64,000 bases of DNA from Amphiscolops sp. MND2022. Its lineage: Eukaryota. The first letter of the stretch is position 1. Each line of letters opens with the position of its first letter. Below, one piece after another: positions 11,880-23,600 of the stretch. Under the pieces are notes generated by a model. The model was not told the DNA's origin and made no database searches. It worked only from the letters and a program-made list of their open reading frames with translations. The translations under genes and the position numbers were made by a program. Location of the stretch: positions 18,912,001 through 18,976,000 of the forward strand of contig OZ076409.1 in NCBI GenBank assembly GCA_964187785.1, written 5' to 3'.

Positions 11880-14050
11880 CGCTCGCGCTTCAATTCGACC
11901 ATTTCAGTGGCATTGTAGGTGCCCACTAGCATAGGCTACTAAGTTTGGTGCCAATCTGTGTGATACTTGTCGAGAAAATAGAAAAAACGTGGAGCCCAAA
12001 AAGGCGCGCAAAAAGGCAGTTTTTCTTAATTTTTCCGAGTAACCCGGGCACCTTAGCCGACGGGTGGTGCTATATTGCAGCCCACCATCGTAACTTGTGC
12101 TAGTTCCTACGTTGCTGCAGAGAATTTGAGCTTGCTAGCTCTTGCCAGTGGACCGCAATCTTGAAAAAGACGTTAGAAACAGTGCATTTCGGTACATAGT
12201 GATACCGCACGTCTGTACCTAGGTGAAACTGTGTAGAAGGGGCGCAGCTCAAAACTGTGTTCATTTTCGTAAACCTACGTGTACCTAAAATCTGCTGGTC
12301 AATTATGGGCTGGATACGGCGATTCCAGTGCACACACGAGCCTCTGGAGAGTTGTTGTGCGATTTTTGGAAAATCCAAAAATTCTGTGAAATTCTTCCTA
12401 TGGGTGACTGGAGACTTCTTGCCCCAAACCAGGTTAATTTTCTGGCCCAGCGTGCTTGTGGGAAAGCGCTGTGCAAATTTGAACATCCTACGAGCCTTAG
12501 AACGTGTTTTGAGAAGTCTTGGACGTTGAAAAAACATCAATTTTCTTAAGTCCTCACCGAGACGAGCAGAGGGCCAAATCCTTGAGAAGACCCCCTGCAA
12601 GCCTACCACCGTCTATTTCACTACTCTAACAGCGTGGTTGGTGCCTACTGACGGCGTCTGCCAGGTGTGGTGTCAATTGCTACTATATCTGTTGAGAAAT
12701 TGACTAAAACAAACTGCACAAGAAGGTGCGCAAGAAGGCGAATTCTACGAAGTCTTGTGGGATTGCCTGAACACCTTATTCAAAGAGTGGGGCCAAATTG
12801 CTGCCCACTATCGTAACCAGTGCAACTTTATCGTATTGTTGCCGAAAAAACGAGCTTGAGAGCTCTTTGCAGTTTGCCGGAATCTGAGTTGACACGTGAA
12901 GAACAGTACATATTGGAACACAGTGATATCGAACGTCTGTACTGTGTTGAAATTTCACCTAGTCACCTCAGCACAAATCAACTATTACTCCCTTGTACCT
13001 CAATTTACGTGGGACTGTGTGGTTGATTTTGAAGCCAATCCTGCGTTTCTAGCGTTAGCGCTAGCCTCTGGAGTTTTTTTCAAGTGAAGCTGAAAAACCC
13101 AAAAAACATCTGAAAAACCTCTGACCTGTGACTGGATCCTAATACCCCAATTCTGGACTCACTTTTTGAGTCAGTGCATCAATCCGGAAGTGCTGTATAC
13201 CTTCCAGCGCACTCCGACCCTTGGAACTTATTTCGACGCTTCTCGGACGTGCATATTCATTGTGTCAGTTGAAGGTTTCACCGAGACGAAAACTGGGAAA
13301 GTGAGAAAAGTCATTTCTACGTGTTGGAAACCTGTGGAAACCCCTAGTTTCTTCTCCCAGTAGTTCGTTCATTGCTGTGCGTGCACTATTTGATCAGTAT
13401 CGAGTGGGCTGCCTTGCTGGATCATAGCATTTTGTTACTTGAAGTTGTGATATCCTGTGTATTGTAACGAATTGGATCATTTTTTCGGAATTGTCGGCGC
13501 ACCTTATTGGGAAGTTGGGATTACATTGCCCTGGACTATTCTTATTAGTGTCATTTGGTGCACTGTTGCTGAAAAAGTGAGCTCGAGAGCTCAGCACTGT
13601 GGACGAGAGTCTTTGATTGCAGGTAAAAAAAAGTGTCAATCGAGACACGGTGATACGGAACCTCAGTATCAGATCTAAATCTTGCCCAGTGGTCTGAATT
13701 CTCATTGGTTGTTACTGTAGTGTAGCTGGCTGTACGTGTGATCGCGTGACCAATTTTGAGCCCGATACCACGTTTCCAGCACTTGTAGAAGCCATCTGAG
13801 TGATTTTCTAAAAAAGTTGAAAAATCCAAAAATCGTTGAAAAAGGCTCTAGCTTGGAGCTGGAGGCAATTATCAGCTACGGAAGGTTATTTTTCTGACTT
13901 GTGTGGCTGACAAATTGTGCTGTGTCATTTTGTACCCAGTACGATTGATAAAACTGAATTTGACTCTGTTCAGACACACGTCTTGAACAAAATTCAAAAA
14001 ACACCAGAAAATCTATCATTGTAAACCTTCAATACTTCCGCTGTATAGGA
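11880..14050 (+). repeat. Three diverged ~720-bp tandem units in the retrotransposon leader (boundaries approximate)
   Basis: Homologous anchors at about 12051/12774/13502 and 12361/13083/13810; paralogous antisense peptides TDVRYHYV, TDVRYHCV and TEVPYHRV. Confidence 0.75.
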
Positions 14051-14675
14051 GGCAGACCCAAAAAGCCTTCACTTTCCAACGGAAGGGGCCCAGTAGACCT
14101 TCCTGGGTGCAAAAGAGGCAAATCCCACGGTTCAAAAAAATTGCCGGCGGGGTTCATAAATTTTGGACTCCTCTGGAACTTTGAAATTCAATCCTGAACA
14201 GTTCAAGGCAGCAGTTTTAAGTGCCTGCGACGCACTCTGGACTACATTTTTACATTTTTCAAAAACAAAAATCTCTAGGAGTTACCTTGAGCAGGGTTTT
14301 CGATATCCAAAAGAGACCCTGAGTGTTCCGACTTAGCCAAAATCACAAGATTTTGGGAGGAGCAACTTCCTAGTGACGAAAAATTTGACCGGGTTGCCCG
14401 AGTGTGACACCTTTTTGAACACTCTGGTGCCTCATTTTGGTGTTATTTCGCTGTATCGAGTAGCATCAACGCCGAATATTACGCCAAATTTGCAGAGAAC
14501 TCTTTTGGGCAATTGCAAAATACCCAAATCTCTTGAGGTTGAAAGGTCGACAAACCGCTCGACTGTGTGTTTGGTGCGCACTATCCAACTTGGCTGCAGC
14601 AATCTGCTCTAGAGCAAAATTTTCTAAACCACTGAGCAGTCTGCAGAGTGTTGAGCAGTTTTCAGCACGCTGTGA

Positions 14676-15350
14676 TTGCTGGAAATTCTCTTGACTTTGA
14701 CCCTGACACTGAACTTGGGTACACAGGTTGTTCTAGTGATGCAGTTCGGAACATCTAAAGCTAAAATTAAACATGGGAGATTCTCCCGCCGCCCCCGTTG
14801 CTTTTTTCAAGGGGGAAGGAATGTCAGTGCAGCACAACCAATGGATGTTCATGATGCTCAACCTCAAAATGAATCCCAAATGGTAGATGAACATGACCGA
14901 TCGACGAAGTCAGAGGATTTGAACTTGAAAGATTGGCCTTTGGAGGATAGTTTCAAACCTGTCTCCAATTTTCTAGACACAATGCCATCTAACTCTCAGG
15001 ATACCGAGCCGGAGAGGAGCATAAGGACTCCCAGTCCTATTTCAGTATGGTCGTCTAAAAGATCTTCTCTCCATGAAGCCAGTATTCAGTTTTATCAGAA
15101 ACAGGACCAAAAATTAGAGGCCCTGGAGCAGCAGATGGATGAGATGTCAATCTTTTTTGCACAAGGCACACTTCGCAGGGAGAAACTGCTAGCGCAAATG
15201 CAGTCGATAAATGCAGAAGTACAGGCACACCTCACAAATGTTAAATATCAATGTTTCGAACGACGTCAAATCAGAACCATTGACACCGCCAACAAAAGAC
15301 ATGGGGGTGGACCCAATATCTTTGGACACTACAACCATGGGTATTGCTGA
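14676..15350 (+). CDS. Retrotransposon ORF upstream of and overlapping gag (probable frameshifted gag N-terminus with a coiled-coil segment)
   Basis: 224-aa ORF that shares a paralogous peptide (FFQGGRNVSAAQPMD vs LLKGGEGTSAAQPID) with the gag ORF. True start uncertain. Confidence 0.5.
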   Translation: MLEILLTLTLTLNLGTQVVLVMQFGTSKAKIKHGRFSRRPRCFFQGGRNVSAAQPMDVHDAQPQNESQMVDEHDRSTKSEDLNLKDWPLEDSFKPVSNFLDTMPSNSQDTEPERSIRTPSPISVWSSKRSSLHEASIQFYQKQDQKLEALEQQMDEMSIFFAQGTLRREKLLAQMQSINAEVQAHLTNVKYQCFERRQIRTIDTANKRHGGGPNIFGHYNHGYC

Positions 15351-17670
15351 CACTTTGCCTGAATATCACGCCGATGATAGTGGGTTGCGCGAGCGCAACC
15401 TCTACTCAAGTGATACGAAGAATGAACGAATATCTATCTCATCCTCCATTTCCTTATCGCAGGATTCTTTAAGCAACTCTCACTTCCCTGGAACAAAGTC
15501 CCTAATATCAACTACGAAGTTGCTACCGAGTTTGCTGAAAGACTCCTCTGAGCCACATTCTGCTACATCTAACGCTGGAATGAAACCTTCGGAAAAATTC
15601 CAACGCCACCGCTTCCTTTTGAAGGGGGGAGAGGGCACCAGCGCAGCACAACCAATCGATGAACCGGCCTCGATATCTTCGAACAACGCAACCATGGGCA
15701 TGGCTCACACGTCGCCAGAGGATCACACTGTTCGAGGCAGGTTGCTCGAGAGCAATCATGGTACTGATGACCCAAAAGATGAATTGATATCTCCAGAAAA
15801 ATTGAAATTCACGGAGGCGATATTCAAAGCCATGGCTAAAGAGTTGGCTCCCTTGATTGCCAATCGTGATCAAACCGCTGTGCGACCAACCTTATACAGA
15901 GGTTCGAAAGACGGGACTGTTGAAGAGTGGTTGCTCGTGATGAAACGGTATTTGGAGCGAGTTTATTCCAATGCTTCACCTGTCGACAAGGCCTGGGCGA
16001 TAATCGATCACTTAGGTGATGAAGCTCGGAGTTTTATAATCAACAAACCGGAGTCCGAACGGGATTCTCACGAGAATGTGACTACCTTGCTCTCCAGCAG
16101 ATTTGGGACTGGGAAAAGCCGCTGGCCAGTGAGGCAGGCTTTCAGGTTGCGGAATCAGCTTGAGAAAGAGGGCCTGATGCAGTATCTAGATGCATTAGAG
16201 GGTCTGAGGAGTCAGGGTATTCCTGATGAGCCTATCACAACCCGACGCTATGAAATCTTGCATCGGTTCATGGATGGGGTCAGCGATCCCGTGTTGCAAC
16301 GAGAACTGACGGTAGTGTTTGCGACTGAGGCGTATCTAGCCGACCCACCTACCGTGGAGTCACTTCGGTTCACAGTACAGGAACTCCAAAGGAGTCGTCA
16401 CCAACAACAGCCTCGTGACCCAGGGTGCCCCGAGACTGTACCCTGTGAGTACCTACAGAGCGACCAAGTGCCGGGGTCACCAGTAGCCCAGCAGTATGAA
16501 TCGCTGCCACCCCTTGCACGCCGGTCGGCGCGATTGCCGATGCCGGCTGCGTCAGTACACACAACCCCTGAATACAGACAGACCGCAACCTTAGAGCAAT
16601 CCGCGCGCTGCTTGCAGAGTGCTTGCGCGAGACGCAAGCTGGTGGTGCATCGCCCGGAGCATATTCTTGACCCACATGGTGAGTCCCAGCAAGGTGCTGC
16701 AGCAGCAGTTCCTGCGCCTGCTGTCCCAGTGAAATCGTGCACAACTGAGGTGTCTGCAGGTTGTCCAACATTATCAATCCAGTCAGAAACTTCCAGCCCT
16801 AGGGCTGAAGAAAAGAAGAAAACGGATGCAACGCAAACCCTATCTACTGCCTCTGGCAGGGTATTAATGCTACGTCCAGCTGACCAAGCCACCGTAAATG
16901 CTCCATTGACAGTCACCTGTGGCACAAAGCAGGTGCAGACAGGTTTGGAGTCCACAACGTTCGACCCTAGTGGCCGGACTTTATTGTCTGTACACCTAGT
17001 GCTGGCCTCGGAGCAACAAATACGCCCAGATTTGACCTTGGAAAAATTGAAGCTCGAGTTAGCTAGCAATTCGGCTGTCAAAAAGATCTCCTTACCACTG
17101 CCAAAAGAATTGTATACTGAAGGCGAAGCTAGTACGTGCACGGCATACACCCCAGTTCCTGTGCATGCCAACATAGATGGCGTGGACATGAAATTTGATG
17201 CTAGCGTGGTAGTAGATGTGTTCCCTCAAGGAGTGTGTCTAGGGCCACATGAATTACGCTGCTATAGCATCAGCAAGCAGGAGCCCACAGGTGAGGCCCG
17301 CATAGATGAGCGTGCGTCGCTCGTTGTATCTTTTGCAGTGCCAGATGCCAACCCTATTCCACTGAGAGGAATGGTCGACACGGGGTCAGACGTATCAATC
17401 ATGAGTTTCTCAGCCTTCAACCGTGTAGCCTTGCGGACAGGTGTAGCGCTACAACCTTATCGAATCGACTTGTATGCTGCTAATGGGAAGACGATGAAAA
17501 CGTTTGGAATAGCGGAGCGTGTGCGCTTCCAACTTGGTGGATATGAACTCGAAACAAATTTCGTGGTCGTTGATGACGCACATGGCTTGGAAGATTTCTT
17601 GCTGGGTAGGAATTTTCTGCGAGCATATAACGTGCTCGTAGATCTGACCGCCATGAAAATAGTGTTGTGA
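15211..17670 (+). CDS. gag: Gag (capsid-like) plus aspartic protease
   Basis: Capsid-like segment (YRGSKDGTVEEWL...HLGDEAR...FRLRNQ...RFMDGV). Protease DTGS at 17377 with a downstream FLLGRNFL motif. Confidence 0.9.
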   Translation: MQKYRHTSQMLNINVSNDVKSEPLTPPTKDMGVDPISLDTTTMGIADTLPEYHADDSGLRERNLYSSDTKNERISISSSISLSQDSLSNSHFPGTKSLISTTKLLPSLLKDSSEPHSATSNAGMKPSEKFQRHRFLLKGGEGTSAAQPIDEPASISSNNATMGMAHTSPEDHTVRGRLLESNHGTDDPKDELISPEKLKFTEAIFKAMAKELAPLIANRDQTAVRPTLYRGSKDGTVEEWLLVMKRYLERVYSNASPVDKAWAIIDHLGDEARSFIINKPESERDSHENVTTLLSSRFGTGKSRWPVRQAFRLRNQLEKEGLMQYLDALEGLRSQGIPDEPITTRRYEILHRFMDGVSDPVLQRELTVVFATEAYLADPPTVESLRFTVQELQRSRHQQQPRDPGCPETVPCEYLQSDQVPGSPVAQQYESLPPLARRSARLPMPAASVHTTPEYRQTATLEQSARCLQSACARRKLVVHRPEHILDPHGESQQGAAAAVPAPAVPVKSCTTEVSAGCPTLSIQSETSSPRAEEKKKTDATQTLSTASGRVLMLRPADQATVNAPLTVTCGTKQVQTGLESTTFDPSGRTLLSVHLVLASEQQIRPDLTLEKLKLELASNSAVKKISLPLPKELYTEGEASTCTAYTPVPVHANIDGVDMKFDASVVVDVFPQGVCLGPHELRCYSISKQEPTGEARIDERASLVVSFAVPDANPIPLRGMVDTGSDVSIMSFSAFNRVALRTGVALQPYRIDLYAANGKTMKTFGIAERVRFQLGGYELETNFVVVDDAHGLEDFLLGRNFLRAYNVLVDLTAMKIVL

Positions 17671-20600
17671 GCCCCGGCTAAGCCCGTGTGGCATCACGCA
17701 CACGCCCAGACGAGCGATGAAACTTTATCCAGTACAGTAGTCTTGGATCAAGACGTAGTGCTACAGCCATTCGAGCGTGCTGTTCTACGTGCCAAGGTGA
17801 TCACTTCGAACTTGGAAGCTTTTGCTTTCAGTAATGTTGTGATTAACTTTGCAACACCGAACCGATTGCTGAAGAACACTATATTCGTGGAAGACACTAT
17901 AGCCACTGTTGGAGAGACAGGTTCGTTCTATGTCTCTGTTGGCAATCTGACAAGCAATGCCCAGAAAGTGAAGTGCGGCACCATGCTTGGTACTGCTGCG
18001 CCAGTACGCCTAGTCTACCATGCAGTTCCCCAATGTGCGCTAGCGCACAAAGGCGAGAGTGACGAAAAATCGGACTCCCCAAACGAGTTCGTCAACAGGG
18101 TCTATTCTGAAATGGACCTGAACTCGCATTCAAAATGTTCGTCGTCGTCGGAGTTCGAGTTTCTCTCCTCTACAGACCCATCGGAGGAGGGGTTGTCAGA
18201 ACGCGAGATCAGAAAGCGCACTGACCCTGATCTCTTGGCCCCTATTCCTGGACCCGAATCTCAGTTAGAGGAGGTACAGAAGTTGTGGGGACAGACTGCC
18301 CGCGACTCGCTGAACAACATCCTAACGGAATTTGATGACCTATTCATGAAGCACAAAGCAGACATTGGTCGCTGCACAATAGCCAAGCATCCTGTTGAGT
18401 TGGAGCCTGGGGCTGTACCGCATCGTGAAGGTGCTCGTAGGATGTCCCCTGAAAAGGCTGAGCGTGCCAATCAAGAAGTACGCAATCTCCTGGCTTTGGG
18501 CATGATCCAACCTTCGCTGTCACCTTGAGCGAGTGGAATCGTGATGGTAAAAAAGAAAAATGGGGAGTTGCGGTTCTGCTGCGACTTTCGCCCCCTCAAC
18601 GCTGTCACAATAAAGGACGCGTATCCCCTCCCACGCATCGATGAAAACCTTTCACGATTGGGTAAGGCCAAGATTTACACCAGTATTGATTTGGCATGGG
18701 CTTTCTGGCAGATACCAGTGCGCAAAGCAGATAGGCAGAAAACGGCCTTTGCCTGCGAGCTGGGTTTGTTTGAATGGAGGCGTATGCCCTTTGGGATGTG
18801 TAACGCTTCAGCTACTTTCCAGCGAGCCATAGCGCGAGCGCTACGGAAAATTGTGAACCGGGAAGGAGGCATGGTGATGGCGTACATTGACGACATCGTC
18901 ATTGCTACCGAGACAGTCGAGGACCACATGGTACGCTTACGCGAGGTATTTGAATGTCTGCGCGAAGCTGGCTTCAAAATGAGAGTCGCTAAGTGCGACT
19001 TTATGAAGTCGGAAATCAAGTACCTGGGACGTGTGGTCTCTGCCGAAGGCATCAAACCTGATCCTAAAGCAGTAGCAAAACTACGCGATTGGGAAGTACC
19101 GAGGAACAAAACAGAGATGCAAAGCTTTTTGGGCTTCGCCAACTATTATCGAGAGTTTATTCCTTGGCACGCCAAGCTTGTGGCCCCCTTGCATGTTATT
19201 ACCGGCCTGGGCGCGACTTTCGCCTGGGGGATGAGCAGCAACAGGCTTTCAACGCCGTCAAATTGGCTTTGATCGAGGCAACTGCCTTGGCGCAACCGGA
19301 CTCGGAGGGCGAATTTGTGCTGGACACTGATGCCAGTGCTGTTGCAATTTCCGGCATTTTGCAAAAGTGGCAGGGTCCTCCGGGCGAAAAGCGCCTGAGA
19401 CCAATTGTGTATGGTAGCAAGAAGTTGAATGCCACTCAAGCGAAGTATGGCGCTCCCAAGCTTGAAATGTACGCAGCTTATTATTTCATCTTGAAGAATC
19501 ACAGTTATCTCTGCTCCAGAAAGTTCATCCTTCGGGTTGATAATCAAGCTCTCTCTTGGCTCAAAACGTATTCCACTGATCAGGCCTTGATTGGACGATG
19601 GATTATGGCACTCGAGAAGTACCATTTCAAAGTTGAGCATCGTCCCAGGACACAGCACAGGAATGCCGATGGCCTCAGTAAACGAACCAATGATTATCGG
19701 TGGCGAGAGAAGCAGCTCGAGAAGCTGCCAGCTGTAACGGACAAATGGAATTTCCTCTCACAGGAGGAGTTTGACCAGCTGCCCGTTGCACCTTGGTTCG
19801 ATTTGCATGGTCGGGTGATACCCAATCACCCCCAATTGCCCGCTCACTTGCGGAACACTAAACCAGAGCCCACAAATGCAGTTTGTCGTGTTGCACGACG
19901 GCGTAAGCGCCGTCAGGCCGCTGCGAAAAGGGAGAGGGCGCTACGCGCTCCTCTACCTGAGGTACTAGTGCCTACATTGCAAACTCACGAAGACTTCTAT
20001 CCAGATTATCATGAGGACTGGATTGACGTCACTGAAGAGGCTAGGCAAGATTACTTGCTGCCTACACATGTGGCAAATATCCCCTCACGCATGACATATG
20101 CCCTTGACGAAACAGTGGAGCAAGCCATGGCTTCCGTTCCAACGGTGGTTAGGCAAGCTGCCCTAGCCATCAAGGACTTAGACACGGAACTTCATGAACA
20201 TGCCAACACGGTGCATGGCATCAAGGATCTGCTTTTGGCGCAGAATCGTGATGTGCATGTTCTAGCCATAAAGAAGTTGGTAGCACAAGAGTCTATTGAT
20301 CATGACATTTTTCCTGACGACGTGCGTGCGTTCGCACGTAACTATTACAAGCAGAAAAAAGATCTTCTGTTTGTAAACAAAAATGGAATTCTTTGTGTTA
20401 AGTATCCACCTCAGCAACGTCCATTGCACGAACGTCCGTGCATGATTGTAATGCCACAATTGTACCAGCATGAAATTTTGTTTCGTGCTCATGATGCCAT
20501 GGGCCACCACGGCATTGCAAAGGTGGTGTCGCGAATCCAAGAACGCCATACCTGGCCAGGTATTCGCCGCAGCGTTGGTCAGTACGTGAGTCAGTGCCTC

Positions 20601-23600
20601 ACGTGCCAGAAAGTACGTGACAGGCCGGGTGACGTTCGGTTTCACTTGAAAAATATCCAAAGTGGGTACTTCAATGAGCTAGTCCAGTATGACCATCTGA
20701 AAATATGCCCCTCCGATAACAATAACACCGGCATATTGGTGATAATTGACCATTTCTCCAAGTTTGCGGAGGCTGTACCCTGCAGCCATGAGGATTACGA
20801 TGCAGTGACCACGTCTAGGTTGCTTTTGCAGAAATGGTTTGCCAGACACGGCACGCCTACGCGGATGCAATCAGACAATTCCCCCAACTTGACCGCAGAG
20901 GTATCCAATGAGTTCATGAGGGCATCTCAGGTCACAAAAGTTACCTCTACGGCGGGTCATCCGCGCACCCAAGGCCTGGTTGAACGACAAAATCGGACTT
21001 TGCTGACTTTGTTGCGTGTATTTTGCTCGCGTCGCATGAGAGATTGGGACCAGCATTTGGATGAAGTCATGGGAGCGTATAACTCAACGCGCCATGCCAC
21101 GACTGGGTTTTCACCCTACATGCTGACCCGAGGGACCGAAAAGGCTATTCCTCTCACCTATCTGTATCCGGAGTTCGCAGCCAGATCATTTGAATCGCAT
21201 GGAGCTTATGTGGAGCATATTCTTGCTCGCCAGCAAGAGATTCATGACTTGGTGCGTAGAAACACGCATCAGGCGCAACAACGTCAAAAGCTAAAATATG
21301 ATCGAGCTATTCGTGCAAACGCATACAATGTGGGAGACCCCGTTTGGGTATTCTGCCGCTATGTACCTCAAAAAGGATCACCGAAGTTGATGAGAGCTTG
21401 GCGTGGTCCGCACAAGGTTGTCCATGTACTACAAGATGGCCGCGTGTATATCCTGGACTCAGGACAAAAAGTGCACTTTGAGCGCCTGAAACCTCATCAT
21501 GGTGGCCCTACGGAGTTTGTTGCGCTTCCCTCGGGGAGTGGCGAAGTGGTCATTGTCATGGATCCTGAGCCTGAGCACTCTGCTGAGGAGATCCGAGATG
21601 ACTGCTCACAACCCTCATATCGCGAGGAAGAACCGCTCTCTGAAGCATCAGATGTATCGCTACCATCAAGAAGACGCCACTGGATGGACACCAGGTTGCG
21701 TACTAGAATGCGAGCTGGAGGCAGTCGTCTCCACTATCAGCAATTTGACTATTCCAGTTCCGACCCAGAGCGTTCGCGCTCTGACGACTTGCTGTTAGAT
21801 GCCCGAGATCATTCCCAGGAAGAACCTCCGGCGCTATTCGAAGCCTCAATGCCTCCCGATGAACAACCTCGGTCATTTGAACCTGCCGATGAGCTTCCAT
21901 TTTTATCCGAATCTGAAGTTTTTCCGGAAGTACCTCAATCGCAAGATATTCCCGTTGCAACTGGAGAAGCCGAAGTATCACTAGCGGGTACATCTGCTCC
22001 TCTGTTGACAAATCCTACATTGACGGATGTGCCAATTAGTATTCCCCAATTGCCGAATGGTACCTCCAACCTCCAAAACACTGAAACCCGTGACACCGAG
22101 TTATCCAACACCAACGAGCCAACTGCTCGGAACAATGTCCCTAGCACGCGTGGCAGGGGCAGATCGCGAGCTGCTTTACCTCGTTGTTCGACACGAGCAA
22201 CAAATTCCCGGTCGCAGAACGTGAGCGTGCGCGCTCAAAGGACTCCCAGTCGCAGAGGACGTCCTCGAGGACGACCTCCTCGGAGGCCACGAGGACGCAC
22301 TATTTCTTCACGGCAAACAGCTCGTGAAATTGACACACAGCCTTCAATTACATCGGATTCTGACTCTGATGCGCCCACCGCGCAGCTTACATCCGATGTT
22401 GACCAAGGCGCAACGCAGGTTAACCCACACTATGGCTCACGCCGGAATCGAGTACCTCGATATCGATGTGGAACCTGTGGGTTCCGCGATTGCACTTGTG
22501 TCATGGCTCTGAACAAATCGCCCACTATCCCACTTGGACCTGTGAAAACTCCGCTGGATCCAAAACCTCAATCTTTTATCCACAATGGTAAGCTTCTTGT
22601 CAGTCGCGTTGTCATCCGCGCAGAGAAGACATACACCGGACTAGAAAGAGAACGTATCTTCCCAGTAGACGTCGTGCTGGAAGAATTATCTAAATCCAAG
22701 ATTGCTGAGGAACCTTGTCCTCGCTTCAAGGAGTTGACAAGCGATCTCCGCGGATTGGAATTCACGCTTGCTGTCACAGTGCCTCCTGTCACTCCTAACA
22801 TTGTATTCGGACCTTTCAATTATGAGAGGGAACCCATCCAAATGGTCCGCTGTATCACCGCTGACCTCCTATCTGACAAATACGGCATCACCTGTCAGCC
22901 TGGTCAAGTGTATCGCCCAGCCCAATATTGGTGGTTGCTTGTAACTGCCCCACATGCTCACTCTTTGGTCCAGCCTGACAGCTTGCGGAGCTGTCTAGAG
23001 AGTTTGCGGACTGTTGTCACTGAGGAACTCATTTTGTGCTTCCACATCGTTGATCTTTATCGTGGAAAACTACGGTTCCGATGGTGGCTAGAGCTGATTA
23101 TCACTTTGTTCGCCAGCTTCCCTCGTATCCGCCTTTTGGACGATTGGACCCATTCCTTCACCGAGCCTGTAACGATCCACACTGCACTTGGTACCCTGGA
23201 TTCATGGTCAACAGCAAATGTGGATAATCAGTCTCTGTCGTGGTCCGTATGGCAGGATCTATCTGCTATTCGTGGACAGAACCATAAAGACCCAGCTGAT
23301 GAAAAAGGTCCCGGACGTTAGATTGTGTTTCCTGGTGCCCTACGACGAAATTTGGTCGATTACATTGTTTACGACCAAACTGATTTCTTGCAGGTGCAGG
23401 GCCACGTAGCAATTTGCTGCCCTGCAGACCTTAATACTAATTCTGCTGCCTTACGCTACATTCTTCGCGAGTGTGGCAGCGACAAAGTATTCCAACTTCG
23501 CCCAACAGTTGGTGAAGTCCTAACTCTCCCATCTTCATTGTCTTTAATGGATAGTCAGGTTATTCACCTAATGATAACACGCCCCTCCCAGCGTTCACCA

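Noticed and set aside
17668..18528. TGA recoding (Trp/Sec) or an alternative genetic code in pol
   Set aside because: Trp is encoded by TGG elsewhere and the host exons read in the standard code; ordinary nonsense mutations are the simpler explanation.
16370..22819. Antisense ORFs within gag-pol (e.g. 16398-17189, 263 aa; 19146-19658; 20262-20660)
   Set aside because: Shadow frames of a GC-richer coding strand with no recognisable motifs.
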